Positions 18,853 through 28,707 are shown, counted from the stretch's first letter. The stretch is 64,000 nt of DNA from an uncultured bacterium (GCA_964350945.1 CAYGLF010000001.1:176083-240082); one strand, 5' to 3'. The notes: generated by a model from the letters alone, not told the origin. A program made the numbers and translations.

Positions 18853-20300
18853 CACAGTGTATCACGACCAAAGGGAAGAAGCTTAAAACAGTCTTGTTGG
18901 TTACAAACACCAACCTCTACCATACCGACTTCAAAAAGTCTTTGCATAATCACATAACTCATAAACTGCATTTCTTCTGGATTATATTTTGGAATGCGAT
19001 AGCTCCAGTTAGGCCCTTCTTTGTGGAGAGTCACAGCCCCACTTTGGCCTATTGAACAAATAGCACCTTCTAAGAATTTGTCGATCATAAACCAACCTTC
19101 AACTTCAATGCGCTCCAAAGTTTTTTCAGCTTCTCTCACATTTTTTTCAGTGTCTAGGTTTGGATCAAAACCCATTTGTAAGGTGCGATTTTGCGGGTGC
19201 CTGTATAGATAGAGAGCTTTATCTTCAAGTTCCATATTGAGCCAATGAGCTGCTTGATGGTGGGGTGAGAGTTTTTCGTCATTACGGACTGTAAGCTCTA
19301 GGCGGGTCAGACGAGAAGCCAGTCTGCTAAAGTAGTGCTGCCACTGCATCAGCTTGTCTTTTTTCAAAGGACCCATCCCACAACCTACCACCAGCTGACT
19401 TAATATATCCTCTTCAAAAAGAAAATCATTCTCACTGGCAGATGGCTTTAGGGGAAGTGGTTTATGTACAATCTCTTCAAGGAGATAAGCCATGTCTTTT
19501 ATAAACTGAAAGGGCTTAGTCGTTTTTCGATCGATTGTCTGCTTAGAATCTATTGGCTTGGGCGCATGTGATTGCTTGAACTTTAAAAACTCAGCCCACT
19601 CGTGGAAAGGAACAATCACTTCAACATACTGATCGCCTTGTTTGATATATTTTAAACAACAGACAAAGCTAAATTCTAAATGGAGCATGTATTCTTCAAA
19701 GAGCTCTCGGTTCAATCCGTAGGTTTCAATAACCTCTCTAGTTTCCAATTGAAGATCTTTAGAAGCAAAAAGCTCTGAAACAATTCCTGCCATCACAGGC
19801 TCTGTTAAGTTCAGTTCTAGTAAATACCTCTCATAGATATGGGGAGTTTTAAAATAGCGCTCTACCATCGACTCAAAAATATTATTCGAAGAGCGAGGTA
19901 CAGCATACCAAACCGGTAGTACATGGATGGGAACCTTGCGTAAAATTCCCTGGATATAATTCATATTAGGCTTAAAATCTTCGTCGAACTTCATTACCTG
20001 ATAGTCGTAATACTTACGCATGTCTTTATCAATGACAATGGCATCTTTTTCTATCGTAAATAAACCTGTTGGCTCTATTTTTTTCAAAAGGACATTCAAC
20101 TCACTCGCGGTGACATCCAGGTTCTTAGCTAGTTTGGCTAAGGGAATACGAATAGACCCGTATAAAATTTCTTCGAGTAGTTCAATATCCTGGGATACAA
20201 ACTGAGACATAAACGAGCGATTTTTAATGTCCATTTCATAATCATAGTCAGTAAGATTGATCTTATTTTTGCGACTGACACTCAAATCTAACATAATCAC
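18849..20300 (-). CDS. conserved hypothetical protein (occupies the slot between folD and smpB)
   Basis: 483-aa uninterrupted ORF with 4-nt overlaps at both ends (folD stop, smpB stop side). No motif recognised. From memory, an uncharacterised gene occupies the same position in Chlamydia. Confidence 0.5.
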   Translation of the reverse strand: MIMLDLSVSRKNKINLTDYDYEMDIKNRSFMSQFVSQDIELLEEILYGSIRIPLAKLAKNLDVTASELNVLLKKIEPTGLFTIEKDAIVIDKDMRKYYDYQVMKFDEDFKPNMNYIQGILRKVPIHVLPVWYAVPRSSNNIFESMVERYFKTPHIYERYLLELNLTEPVMAGIVSELFASKDLQLETREVIETYGLNRELFEEYMLHLEFSFVCCLKYIKQGDQYVEVIVPFHEWAEFLKFKQSHAPKPIDSKQTIDRKTTKPFQFIKDMAYLLEEIVHKPLPLKPSASENDFLFEEDILSQLVVGCGMGPLKKDKLMQWQHYFSRLASRLTRLELTVRNDEKLSPHHQAAHWLNMELEDKALYLYRHPQNRTLQMGFDPNLDTEKNVREAEKTLERIEVEGWFMIDKFLEGAICSIGQSGAVTLHKEGPNWSYRIPKYNPEEMQFMSYVIMQRLFEVGMVEVGVCNQQDCFKLLPFGRDTLC

Positions 20301-20755
20301 ATCTCTCTTAATTCTCGTTGCAAGGAGCGTTTTGCCTCTTGCGATTTTAGTTTCTCTCTTTTATCAAAGGCCTTTAGACCTTTTCCAGTGCCTATCAATA
20401 GCTTGATCTTTCCCGCCTTTAAATACATCGATAAAGGGACTAATGCATACCCCTTCTCTGAGGCACTCCCTTTTAGACGCAAGATTTCATTTTTGTGCAT
20501 GAGCAACTTGCGCTCTCTTCTCTCTTCGTGGTTTTGCAAATTACCATACTTATAATGAGCAATATGCGACCCTACTAGCCATAATTCGTTCTTCTTGACC
20601 TTTATGTAGCTCTCTTTTAGGTTTCCTCCATTGTCTCTTAGAGACTTAACCTCGGTCCCCAGGAGGGATAGCCCCGCTTCAAACGTCTCGAGAATCTCAT
20701 AATGGTGGGAAGCTGCTCGGTTACTAACCAGTTCGTTATTTCTTTTTGCAGCCAT
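20297..20755 (-). CDS. smpB: SsrA-binding protein
   Basis: NRAASHHYEILETFEAGLSLLGTEVKSLR...LLMHKNEI is the classic SmpB pattern. 152 aa. Confidence 0.9.
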   Translation of the reverse strand: MAAKRNNELVSNRAASHHYEILETFEAGLSLLGTEVKSLRDNGGNLKESYIKVKKNELWLVGSHIAHYKYGNLQNHEERRERKLLMHKNEILRLKGSASEKGYALVPLSMYLKAGKIKLLIGTGKGLKAFDKREKLKSQEAKRSLQRELREM

Positions 20756-20902
20756 TTTCCTTACCTCAAGAATCTTTCAGTATAAGTGTAATTCCTAAAA
20801 TTGTCCAGGTTAAACAATTTTTTAAATCAAGACAATTTCTTGACAACCCACCCTGAATTAAAGTATGTTTGCGGCAAAAATACAGTACTTGGAGTTCTCT
20901 CT

Positions 20903-22006
20903 ATGAAATTTGTCGTCCCTAAAGAAACCCTCTCTCAACTGATTACAAACATTCAAAATGTCGTCAGCCACAAACCTTCAATCCCTATTTTATCCAATTT
21001 TTTAATTGTCGCTTCTGATGGAATGCTTACTGTTACAGCCACAGATCTCACAGTAGGAATCCGCTGCCATGGAAACGCGCAAATCGAAGAAGAAGGGGCA
21101 ATTACTCTCCCCGCTAAGCGCTTTTTCCAGCTGACCAAGGAACTGACAGCCCCCTCTCTAGAAATCAGCTCTGAAGACGGAGAAATTTCCGAGGTAGTGG
21201 CTGGTTCCTCCCATTTTAAGTTTCATGGAATACATCGCCGTGATTTCCCCGATTTACCCGATCTAAAGTCAGCTCCCGCATTCAATATTGACCAAAAAAC
21301 ACTCAAAGAGATGCTCTTTAAGACTGCTTTTGCAGCTTCTAAAGAAGACAGCCGTTATGTCCTTACAGGTGTTTTATTGAAAATAGAGAACCAGACGGCC
21401 CTTTTTGTAGGGGCAGATGGCAAAAGGCTTGCAGAAGCTAGAGCAAAACTTGAAATTGACCCCTCTTTGGACGGTGAGTACATCATCCCTCTAAAAGCAG
21501 TCGAAGAAATCTACAAATCGCTATCAGAAAAAGGGGTAGCAAAACTCTTTTTAATGCCCGATAAGATTGCTATCGAGATGGACAAAACAGTGATTGTTAC
21601 CAAGTTGCTTTCAGGAACCTATCCAGACTTTAAGCGGATTATCCCGGAAAAACTTGAAATTTCACTCACCTTGCACCGAGAAGAGCTCATTTCGCTTTTA
21701 AGACAGGTTTCCCTTTTCACTGATGAAGAAAACCAATCAGCACGGTTCTTGTTTCATGAAGGATCGCTTAGTCTCAAAGCCAACCATTCATATATCGGAG
21801 AAGGTCAGGTTGCAATGCCAGTAAACTATCATCAAGAGCCTTTTTCAATTGCCTTCAACCCCAACATTTTTCTAGACATTTTACGCCATAGTCGCAGCGA
21901 GGTGATTCAACTGGGTTTAAATGATGCCTACAACCCAGGCGTTGTGACCGATGAATCAACCGCTCGCTTTGTAATCATGCCGATGAGACTCAATGATGAG
22001 TCATGA
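20903..22006 (+). CDS. dnaN: DNA polymerase III beta subunit (sliding clamp)
   Basis: MKFVVPKETL...PILSNFLIVASDGMLTVTATDL...RYVLTGVLL...VIMPMRL. Start is placed at ATG 20903 rather than the listed 20801. Confidence 0.9.
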   Translation: MKFVVPKETLSQLITNIQNVVSHKPSIPILSNFLIVASDGMLTVTATDLTVGIRCHGNAQIEEEGAITLPAKRFFQLTKELTAPSLEISSEDGEISEVVAGSSHFKFHGIHRRDFPDLPDLKSAPAFNIDQKTLKEMLFKTAFAASKEDSRYVLTGVLLKIENQTALFVGADGKRLAEARAKLEIDPSLDGEYIIPLKAVEEIYKSLSEKGVAKLFLMPDKIAIEMDKTVIVTKLLSGTYPDFKRIIPEKLEISLTLHREELISLLRQVSLFTDEENQSARFLFHEGSLSLKANHSYIGEGQVAMPVNYHQEPFSIAFNPNIFLDILRHSRSEVIQLGLNDAYNPGVVTDESTARFVIMPMRLNDES

Positions 22007-23091
22007 CCTACTTAAGGACCCTTCGACTTCAAAACTTTCGTAATTACCAAGACGAGACTCTAGAATTCTCCCCTCATATCAACTTTTTTGTAGGTAAAAA
22101 TGGTGAGGGGAAAACAAATTGCTTAGAGGCAATTGCCTTAATGATTTCAGGAAAATCATTTAGAACTCCTTATCTCAAGGAATTAATACAGCATTCTCAA
22201 AAATCATTTTTTATCCAAAGCCACTTTGTAAAAAATGACATTGAGCAGTCCCTCTCAATTTACTATTCACCAGAAAAAAAACAGATCCTCCACAATGCAA
22301 CGACCTACCCTAGCTTTTTGCCCTTGATAGGATTGGTACAGGGGGTCTTCTTCGCAGGATTTCAAGATGAGCTTATTAAAGGGTCCCCCCAAATTAGAAG
22401 GCGGTTTTTAGACTTGCAAAATGCGCAAATAGATCCTCTATATCTACATCATTTAAAACATTTTCAAAAAGCTCTGAAAGAGCGCAATTTTTTGCTAAAA
22501 CAAAAAGCATTTCAGACTCTACCGATCTTTGAAGAACTGATGAGCAAAAGTATCCCCTACATAATTGCTAAGCGACTCTCAACCCTCCATGAGATTGAAA
22601 CAAATTTACAAAAAATTCACCAAGAGCTTAGCTCTTTACAAGATGTTGTGAATCTGCAATACAAGTCCCCTTTTTTACTTCCACAAAATACACTTCCCGA
22701 CATTGATTTTTGCAATCAACTCTTTGCGAAAAATCGCACCAAAGATCAGCTTGTTAAACATACCCAACTAGGTCCTCACAAGGATGAAGTGGGAGTGTAT
22801 CTCAAAGGAGAAAGTGCTAAAAAGTTTGCCTCTGAGGGGCAAATACAGACCGTTCTGATGGCTATTTACCTGGCTGAATACTTTCGACTGGAAAAAAAGA
22901 TCGGGCAACCCCCTCTTTTTTGCTTAGATGATTTAGGCCAAAATTTAGACCCAAGCAGATTAAACCGTTTGCTGCTGCAGATTGAATCAATGGGGCAGGT
23001 CTTTATTACCTTACCAGAAATGCCAAACTACCATTTTTCTAAACCGGTAAAAATATTTAGAATTGAAAATGGATCTGCAAAGCTATGCTAA
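22003..23091 (+). CDS. recF: DNA replication and repair protein RecF
   Basis: LRLQNFRNY, Walker A GKNGEGKTNCLEA, signature-like SEGQIQTV and Walker B LFCLDDLG. 4-nt overlap with dnaN. Confidence 0.9.
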   Translation: MTYLRTLRLQNFRNYQDETLEFSPHINFFVGKNGEGKTNCLEAIALMISGKSFRTPYLKELIQHSQKSFFIQSHFVKNDIEQSLSIYYSPEKKQILHNATTYPSFLPLIGLVQGVFFAGFQDELIKGSPQIRRRFLDLQNAQIDPLYLHHLKHFQKALKERNFLLKQKAFQTLPIFEELMSKSIPYIIAKRLSTLHEIETNLQKIHQELSSLQDVVNLQYKSPFLLPQNTLPDIDFCNQLFAKNRTKDQLVKHTQLGPHKDEVGVYLKGESAKKFASEGQIQTVLMAIYLAEYFRLEKKIGQPPLFCLDDLGQNLDPSRLNRLLLQIESMGQVFITLPEMPNYHFSKPVKIFRIENGSAKLC

Positions 23092-24419
23092 GCTTTTTTT
23101 GCCTTAAATGACTGATCGAGCTCAGGGATTTTTATGTTATAAAGGCTAAATCCAAAAACAGTGGTATCTTCTAGTTTTTCATATTTCCAAAAGTTAGTTC
23201 GGTACACAGCCGTTAGTAGGATAACTGAGGACACCCCCATCAAAACTCCTGCTCCTAGCGGCGATGCTAACGCTACTAAAACTCCAATAGTTCCAACTAG
23301 AGCTCCTGCCATTTTAAGAGCGGTTAAAGCTAGATTTTTCATCAAGCTGAGGCGGTATGACTTTAAAAGTTGACCAACTTTTTCACAGGCCTCATTTTTC
23401 GCAGCCTGATCGCCACCAATCAAGTCTCTGGTGAAGGTCTCAAACTTAGAGATTCCACCATTTTTTTCTAAAAACAGGTCTTTAATTTCTTTGGCCATGT
23501 TTGGGCCTACTCGACGAGCTAGACGCTTATATTTTTTAAGCTGTAAATTTTGTATGGCTGTTGAAATTTTGTTTTGCTGCTCTAACTCACACTCAATATC
23601 TTGATATTTATCCTGTATTTTTCTTTCTTCAGCTGGAGTCAGAATAAGCTGCGCTTTAAAATCTTTCAGAGATTCTATATATTTTTCCGTTTCACTAGTG
23701 CTCTTATTGAAAATCTTTTTGATACGATCTAAAGATCTTAAAATTCTACGAAGAGAAACGAACTGGATGGCTCCATAGACCGCAAAAGCTCCAGCTCCTA
23801 AACAAGATGATGTCACCGTAATTGCTCCAGCTGCAATGCTCGATACGACAAATTTTGTCTTATACAAGACGTAAGCAGTGATGCCCAATAAAGAAGAGCT
23901 TAAGTTTAGTGTTGAAGAGGTCGTATTCGCTGCATGATCACGAACTCCCTCATAATCTTTGATCCAATAAGACTTAAAAGCTCTACGTGTGTCTTCATAC
24001 ATACTGTAGATAGAAAGAACTACATTAGCAACCCCAAATATAATACCGAAGTTTTGTTTAAATGATCTCAAAAAATCTTTAGCACCTTGAACTCTTTTCA
24101 TAATAGCGTTGGCGGTCTCAACTACAAATGAGGAGCATCCCTCTAATGTTGTGATGGTCGAAGTCACCGTTAATACTCTTGTAAGAGTCTGCGGCTCCAC
24201 ATATTTTTCGATAGGACTTGCACTATCTACTCTAACAGCACTGTCTTCGACGGGGTCAAGATCCTTATTATATTTAGAACTAGAATCCAAAATCACCCAA
24301 TCAGTTTTCTTACCCTCTTTATCAAGGAAGTCCATTTCAAGCTCGCGATTCACAATAGCTTTAGCCTGCGTCTGAACCGAGTCAACAACCCTAAAATCTG
24401 TAAATTTGCTAAAAGTCAT
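23088..24419 (-). CDS. hypothetical multi-pass membrane protein with central coiled-coil, Inc-like
   Basis: Paired hydrophobic segments separated by very short loops (SIAAGAITVTSSCLGAGAFAVYGAIQFVSL; LKMAGALVGTIGVLVALASPLGAGVLMGVSSVILLTAVY) flank a charged helical region. Confidence 0.4.
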   Translation of the reverse strand: MTFSKFTDFRVVDSVQTQAKAIVNRELEMDFLDKEGKKTDWVILDSSSKYNKDLDPVEDSAVRVDSASPIEKYVEPQTLTRVLTVTSTITTLEGCSSFVVETANAIMKRVQGAKDFLRSFKQNFGIIFGVANVVLSIYSMYEDTRRAFKSYWIKDYEGVRDHAANTTSSTLNLSSSLLGITAYVLYKTKFVVSSIAAGAITVTSSCLGAGAFAVYGAIQFVSLRRILRSLDRIKKIFNKSTSETEKYIESLKDFKAQLILTPAEERKIQDKYQDIECELEQQNKISTAIQNLQLKKYKRLARRVGPNMAKEIKDLFLEKNGGISKFETFTRDLIGGDQAAKNEACEKVGQLLKSYRLSLMKNLALTALKMAGALVGTIGVLVALASPLGAGVLMGVSSVILLTAVYRTNFWKYEKLEDTTVFGFSLYNIKIPELDQSFKAKKA

Positions 24420-24541
24420 TTTCTAAATGCTTGTTAAAGTTTTTTTTTAATCTTTTCAATTAATCAACTATTTTGTACATATGGGCCTAATACCTATGAA
24501 CCTTTTGTACTCCAACTTTATTATAGCAAATATCGATTAAA

Positions 24542-25177
24542 ATGTCAAAAAATAGATCCATTATTCCTCCTATAGAAGGTAAATGTAGCTCCATACTTCT
24601 TTTTGGCCCCCCAGGGGCTGGAAAAGGCACTTTAGGCAAGTTTTTAAGTAGTGTCGGCAGCCATTTTCACCTCTCCTCAGGAGATATTTTCCGCAGCCTC
24701 CCTATTGACTCGCCTGCAGGAAAGATCTTCCACCAATACGCCCTAAAAGGGGCTCTCGTTCCCGATGAGGTTACGATTGAGATCTGGTACTACTACGTCT
24801 CAGGGCTTATTGCTACCAACCAGTACTACCCTAAAGAGCAGCTTTTATTGCTCGACGGCATCCCTCGAACGGAGAGTCAAGTAAATATTTTAAAAAATCA
24901 CATAGATGTCAAAAAAATTATTGTCTTAGATATCCAAAATCCAGAGCTGCTTTTTAGACGACTTGAGAAAAGAGCGCTAGTAGAACGTAGACAAGACGAC
25001 CTGGACCCCAAGGTCTTTAAAAAAAGAATGCAGGTGTACCAGGAGGAGACGAGCCATGTACTAAGCCTCTATCCTGAAAAAAACATTGTTCGATTTGACG
25101 CAGAACTTAAGCCCTTAGAGGTCCTAAGAGATGTACTGATGAAGCTGTCTGGTATTTTAGTGGGGAAATCGGAGTAG
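24542..25177 (+). CDS. adenylate kinase family nucleoside-monophosphate kinase
   Basis: P-loop LLFGPPGAGKGT, SSGDIFRS, LLLDGIPRT. 211 aa. The stop codon lies inside the tRNA-Pro gene on the opposite strand. Confidence 0.6.
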   Translation: MSKNRSIIPPIEGKCSSILLFGPPGAGKGTLGKFLSSVGSHFHLSSGDIFRSLPIDSPAGKIFHQYALKGALVPDEVTIEIWYYYVSGLIATNQYYPKEQLLLLDGIPRTESQVNILKNHIDVKKIIVLDIQNPELLFRRLEKRALVERRQDDLDPKVFKKRMQVYQEETSHVLSLYPEKNIVRFDAELKPLEVLRDVLMKLSGILVGKSE

Positions 25178-25243
25178 AGGGATTCGAACCCCCGACCTAC
25201 TGCTCCCAAAGCAGCCGCGCTAGCCAAGCTGCGCTATACTCCG
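25170..25243 (-). tRNA. tRNA-Pro (anticodon UGG)
   Basis: The reverse complement CGGAGTATAGCGCAGCTTGGCTAGCGCGGCTGCTTTGGGAGCAGTAGGTCGGGGGTTCGAATCCCTCTACTCCG folds as a cloverleaf: 7-bp acceptor, D arm GCGC/GCGC, anticodon loop TTTGGGA, T loop TTCGAAT. No encoded CCA. Confidence 0.9.
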
Positions 25244-25433
25244 AAAATGTGAGATATTTTATACCAACAACGATTTATTATTTCAATGACAAATATTGAA
25301 GCTCCCATATAAACATTAAAAACTCGTTAAATAATTACTTTAAAAATCTGCAATTGCTAAATTTTAGAATAAAAAAAAACACTTCAAAACTAAGCTTGAA
25401 GTGCTTTTAAAAACGCTATTTTAAAAAATCTTT

Positions 25434-25622
25434 TTACAAGGAATTATTTAATAATAAAACCTCTTCCAAAGAGCCTTTAAGACTTTCGATTCCCTCAGAA
25501 AATCCGAAATCGATTAAAAGTTGGTTGATATACCCAAGCTCTGTCTCTAAATGATCAACTTGACTCTCTAAATTAGCTATTTTTGCAGTTAAATTCTTAT
25601 TACTCATTATTATTATCTCCAC
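25434..25622 (-). CDS. small hypothetical coiled-coil protein
   Basis: 62-aa ORF (alternative start MSNKNL at 25607) with heptad-like LTAKIANLESQVDHLETELGYINQL. Lies in an AT-rich region. Confidence 0.3.
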   Translation of the reverse strand: MEIIIMSNKNLTAKIANLESQVDHLETELGYINQLLIDFGFSEGIESLKGSLEEVLLLNNSL

Positions 25623-25695
25623 TATTATATATTATAGAGTTACTACACTGCAGATTATATTAATAATAGTTAATTAAATCAATAGATTTAATTAA

Positions 25696-26166
25696 CTATC
25701 CCGCCATTGTATTTAACAAAATACTCATTTCATTCTCAGAGATAGGAAAACTTTTAAAACCAGCTAGTAAACCACACTCCTCACGGCAAATAGCATCAGT
25801 CATTTTCTCCTCTAACAAGACGATTTCCCCCCAAATTCCACGGGGGTCAACCTTGCTTATACGTCTCTTTTTAAGAGCATTACGGAATTTTTTCATCGAT
25901 GAGAGGTCAAGCGTAAGCATTTTTAGATGCCGATCGAGCTCCATCTGTTCAATTTTCACTTTTAGGGAATATTCGAGCTTTTGAACTCGAACCCTTTGCG
26001 TCAATATTTTTCTTGAAAAATTAGCTCCATTTAAAGCCTCTTCTAAAATACTTTGAATTTCATAGAGCTGGTGAAGCTCCTCTAAGAAACGTTGACGATG
26101 TGACTCTCTTTCAAAATCAGAGATTTCATTTAACTGACTCGGAAAACAATCTTGAAACATGCTCAT
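25696..26166 (-). CDS. hypothetical protein
   Basis: 156-aa ORF, largely helical and charged. No motif recognised. Confidence 0.35.
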   Translation of the reverse strand: MSMFQDCFPSQLNEISDFERESHRQRFLEELHQLYEIQSILEEALNGANFSRKILTQRVRVQKLEYSLKVKIEQMELDRHLKMLTLDLSSMKKFRNALKKRRISKVDPRGIWGEIVLLEEKMTDAICREECGLLAGFKSFPISENEMSILLNTMAG

Positions 26167-26318
26167 ACTTTCCTCCTCGCAGGTGTTAAGTATAACAAAT
26201 ATTTAATTAAAAATCAATTCAACTCTTTTTTTTAGGAGTCTATAAAAAAGTGTATACTTGAATTTTATTGATCAAAAATTTATTATTTGCAATCTAAAAT
26301 AATGTTGAGTTGAAACAA

Positions 26319-26582
26319 ATGCCTAAATTAATATTCGAAGATTCCTCTGAAGAATTTGAATTACCCGAAGAAAGCCCTATTGTAGAGCCTTGTGAAAGTG
26401 CCGGAGTTCCTTTTGCTTGCACTGAAGGTGTTTGTGGAACTTGTGTCATCGAAGTTAAAGAAGGCATGGAAAATCTTTCTGAGTTCACTCAAGAAGAAGA
26501 AGATTTTTTAGGTGAACTCGAATGCGAGCGACTTGCGTGCCAATGCAAAATCAAAAAAGGAGTGGTGAAGGTTTCCTTCTAA
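26319..26582 (+). CDS. small 2Fe-2S ferredoxin-like protein
   Basis: CTEGVCGTCVIEV ... ACQC Cys pattern in an ~87-aa protein. ATG 26319 is preferred to TTG 26310. Confidence 0.6.
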   Translation: MPKLIFEDSSEEFELPEESPIVEPCESAGVPFACTEGVCGTCVIEVKEGMENLSEFTQEEEDFLGELECERLACQCKIKKGVVKVSF

Positions 26583-26588
26583 TTTTTT

Positions 26589-27158
26589 ATGGACCATCCT
26601 CTAGAACAAGTTGACCCTGACATGGCTATTGAAGAAATCTTTGCGACTTTTCCACAGAAAAGCCAAAAGCTTGCGCAGGCCATGAAAAATAAAGGCCTTA
26701 ATTGTGTCGGCTGCAATGCTTCTACCTGGGAGACATTGGAAATGGGTGTTTTAGGTCATGGCATGACTCATGATGATTTAAATGCGCTTGTTCAAGAACT
26801 CAACGATATCATCAATGAGAAAGTCAACGCCACCACTGTAACCATTTCACCTAAAGCAGCCGATAAATATCAAAGTATTTTAAAGGAAGAGAAAAAAGAA
26901 GGTTATGGCCTTCGTTTTATGGAAAAAGCAGCCGGCTGTTCGGGTTTTGAATACACCTTAGACTTTTCAGAAAAAGCTTTAGAACATGATGAGATTTTCT
27001 ATTCGCAAGGTTTAGAGATCCATATTCCTAAGACGATTGTCTCTAGACTCATTGGCAGTGAAATTGATTACATTGATGGGCTCCAAGGAGCTGGATTTAA
27101 AGTATCCAACCCCAATGTAAAATCCTCTTGTAGCTGCGGAACTTCTCACAACTATTAA
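26589..27158 (+). CDS. Fe-S cluster assembly protein: N-terminal DUF1858-like redox-disulfide domain fused to IscA/HesB-type domain
   Basis: The N-terminus has LNCVGCNAS (CxxC) in a DUF1858-like context. The C-terminus has GLRFMEKAAGCSGFEY...SCSCGTSHNY, which matches A-type carrier Cys spacing (C...CxC). Confidence 0.6.
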   Translation: MDHPLEQVDPDMAIEEIFATFPQKSQKLAQAMKNKGLNCVGCNASTWETLEMGVLGHGMTHDDLNALVQELNDIINEKVNATTVTISPKAADKYQSILKEEKKEGYGLRFMEKAAGCSGFEYTLDFSEKALEHDEIFYSQGLEIHIPKTIVSRLIGSEIDYIDGLQGAGFKVSNPNVKSSCSCGTSHNY

Positions 27159-28546
27159 AAGTGAATAGCCTCTTTATGAACAGCAAGGGCCGCTTCTTTA
27201 ATGGCCTCTGAAAATGTGGGATGTGGAAAACATAGCTGTCCTAATTTTTTCGCAGTCACTCCCATCTCAATGGCTAAAGATCCAATGGCAATCATTTCAC
27301 CAGCATGTTCACTCATAATATGCAGCCCTAAAACTTTATCACTCTCCTCATCAGCGACCACTAATACAAGCCCTTCTTTAGCATTCACACAGTGTGCTCT
27401 AGAGTTTGCCAAAAATGGGAAAGATCCAACTTTAACCTTGAGGCCATGCTTTTGCGCTTCTAGAGCTGAGAAGCCCACTGTGGCAACTTCTGGCAGGGTA
27501 TACATCACATTGGGTATAGCCAAGTAATTAACTTGAGGTTTTTTACCTGCGATCTTCTCAGCTACAGCAACCCCCTCTTCGGAGGCTTTATGAGCAAGCA
27601 TCGGGCCATCCACCACATCTCCAATTGCATAGACATTAGACGCGCTTGTTTGCAGCTGATTATCAATTTTAATAAATCCTCGCTCATCTTTTTTTACCCC
27701 AGCAGCCTCTAGCCCTAGATCATCTGTAAAAGGTGTGCGTCCAATGGAAACTAGGACCACGTCACCTTCTAACTCTTTAGGTTCCCCTGATTTTGACTGA
27801 GCCACCACCTGAACTCTTCCATCTTTCTTTAAAACAGATTTAACTTGATGTCCTAGATGGAACTCAAGACCCTGCTTTTGTAAGCTCTTTAATAATGCAG
27901 AGGAGATAGCCGGATCTAAACTTCCTCCAATGGCATCCAAGGCCTCTACAAAAGTTACCTGAGACCCTAAGCGTCTATACACTGAGCCTAGCTCTAGCCC
28001 AATTACCCCTGCTCCGATCACCACTAGCCTCTTTGGGACTTCTTTTAAACTCAAGGCGCCCGTAGATGAAATGATTTGTTGCTCATCAAAGGGCAAGTCG
28101 GGCAAGGCACGCGCTTGAGACCCTGTTGCAATAATCACGTGCTTGCCTTTAAAAACCCCAGCCCCTTCAACTTCTACTTCATGAGCATTTTTAAAGCGTG
28201 CATGACCCACCTTGTGAGTAACTTTATTTTTCTTTAAAAGAGAAGCAATCCCCATATTCAGGCCTTTGATAACACCAGATTTGGTTTGCATAAGCTTTGG
28301 AAAATCCATTTTTAGATCTGAAAATTGCAATCCCGCTTGGGTACGATGACTGGTATCTTCATAAAATTGTTCCGAATAATACAGGAGGGATTTTGAGGGG
28401 ATGCACCCGACATTTAAGCACGTGCCACCTAGATGGCTCTCTTTTTCAATCACAAGTGTTTTTAAACCTAGTTTTGCTGCACGTATGGCTGCTACATAAC
28501 CACCAGGCCCAGCTCCAATTACAATCACATCAAACTCTTCAGCCAT
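27155..28546 (-). CDS. lpdA: dihydrolipoyl dehydrogenase (E3)
   Basis: GAGPGGYVAAIRAA, redox-active GGTCLNVGCIPSK, and C-terminal HPTFSEA. Confidence 0.95.
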   Translation of the reverse strand: MAEEFDVIVIGAGPGGYVAAIRAAKLGLKTLVIEKESHLGGTCLNVGCIPSKSLLYYSEQFYEDTSHRTQAGLQFSDLKMDFPKLMQTKSGVIKGLNMGIASLLKKNKVTHKVGHARFKNAHEVEVEGAGVFKGKHVIIATGSQARALPDLPFDEQQIISSTGALSLKEVPKRLVVIGAGVIGLELGSVYRRLGSQVTFVEALDAIGGSLDPAISSALLKSLQKQGLEFHLGHQVKSVLKKDGRVQVVAQSKSGEPKELEGDVVLVSIGRTPFTDDLGLEAAGVKKDERGFIKIDNQLQTSASNVYAIGDVVDGPMLAHKASEEGVAVAEKIAGKKPQVNYLAIPNVMYTLPEVATVGFSALEAQKHGLKVKVGSFPFLANSRAHCVNAKEGLVLVVADEESDKVLGLHIMSEHAGEMIAIGSLAIEMGVTAKKLGQLCFPHPTFSEAIKEAALAVHKEAIHF

Positions 28547-28707
28547 AACACATCCTCTCTTACTAAAATTTAATGTTAACTGTAGCTAATTTAAATCGAT
28601 AAATCAAAAGAAAATTAGGATATTCCCATAAACTACTTTTGAGTTATTCATCACCAAACAAGCTAATACTTTTATATATTGACACTAGAAAAGAGCAGTT
28701 CCCAGGT

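Noticed and set aside
20756-20902. Possible replication origin upstream of dnaN (smpB/dnaN divergent spacer), and the 34-codon N-terminal extension of the listed dnaN ORF
   Set aside because: No dnaA gene is adjacent and I could not see clustered TTATCCACA-like DnaA boxes or an AT-rich unwinding element. The extension lacks similarity to clamp N-termini, and the canonical MKFVV start at 20903 fits better.
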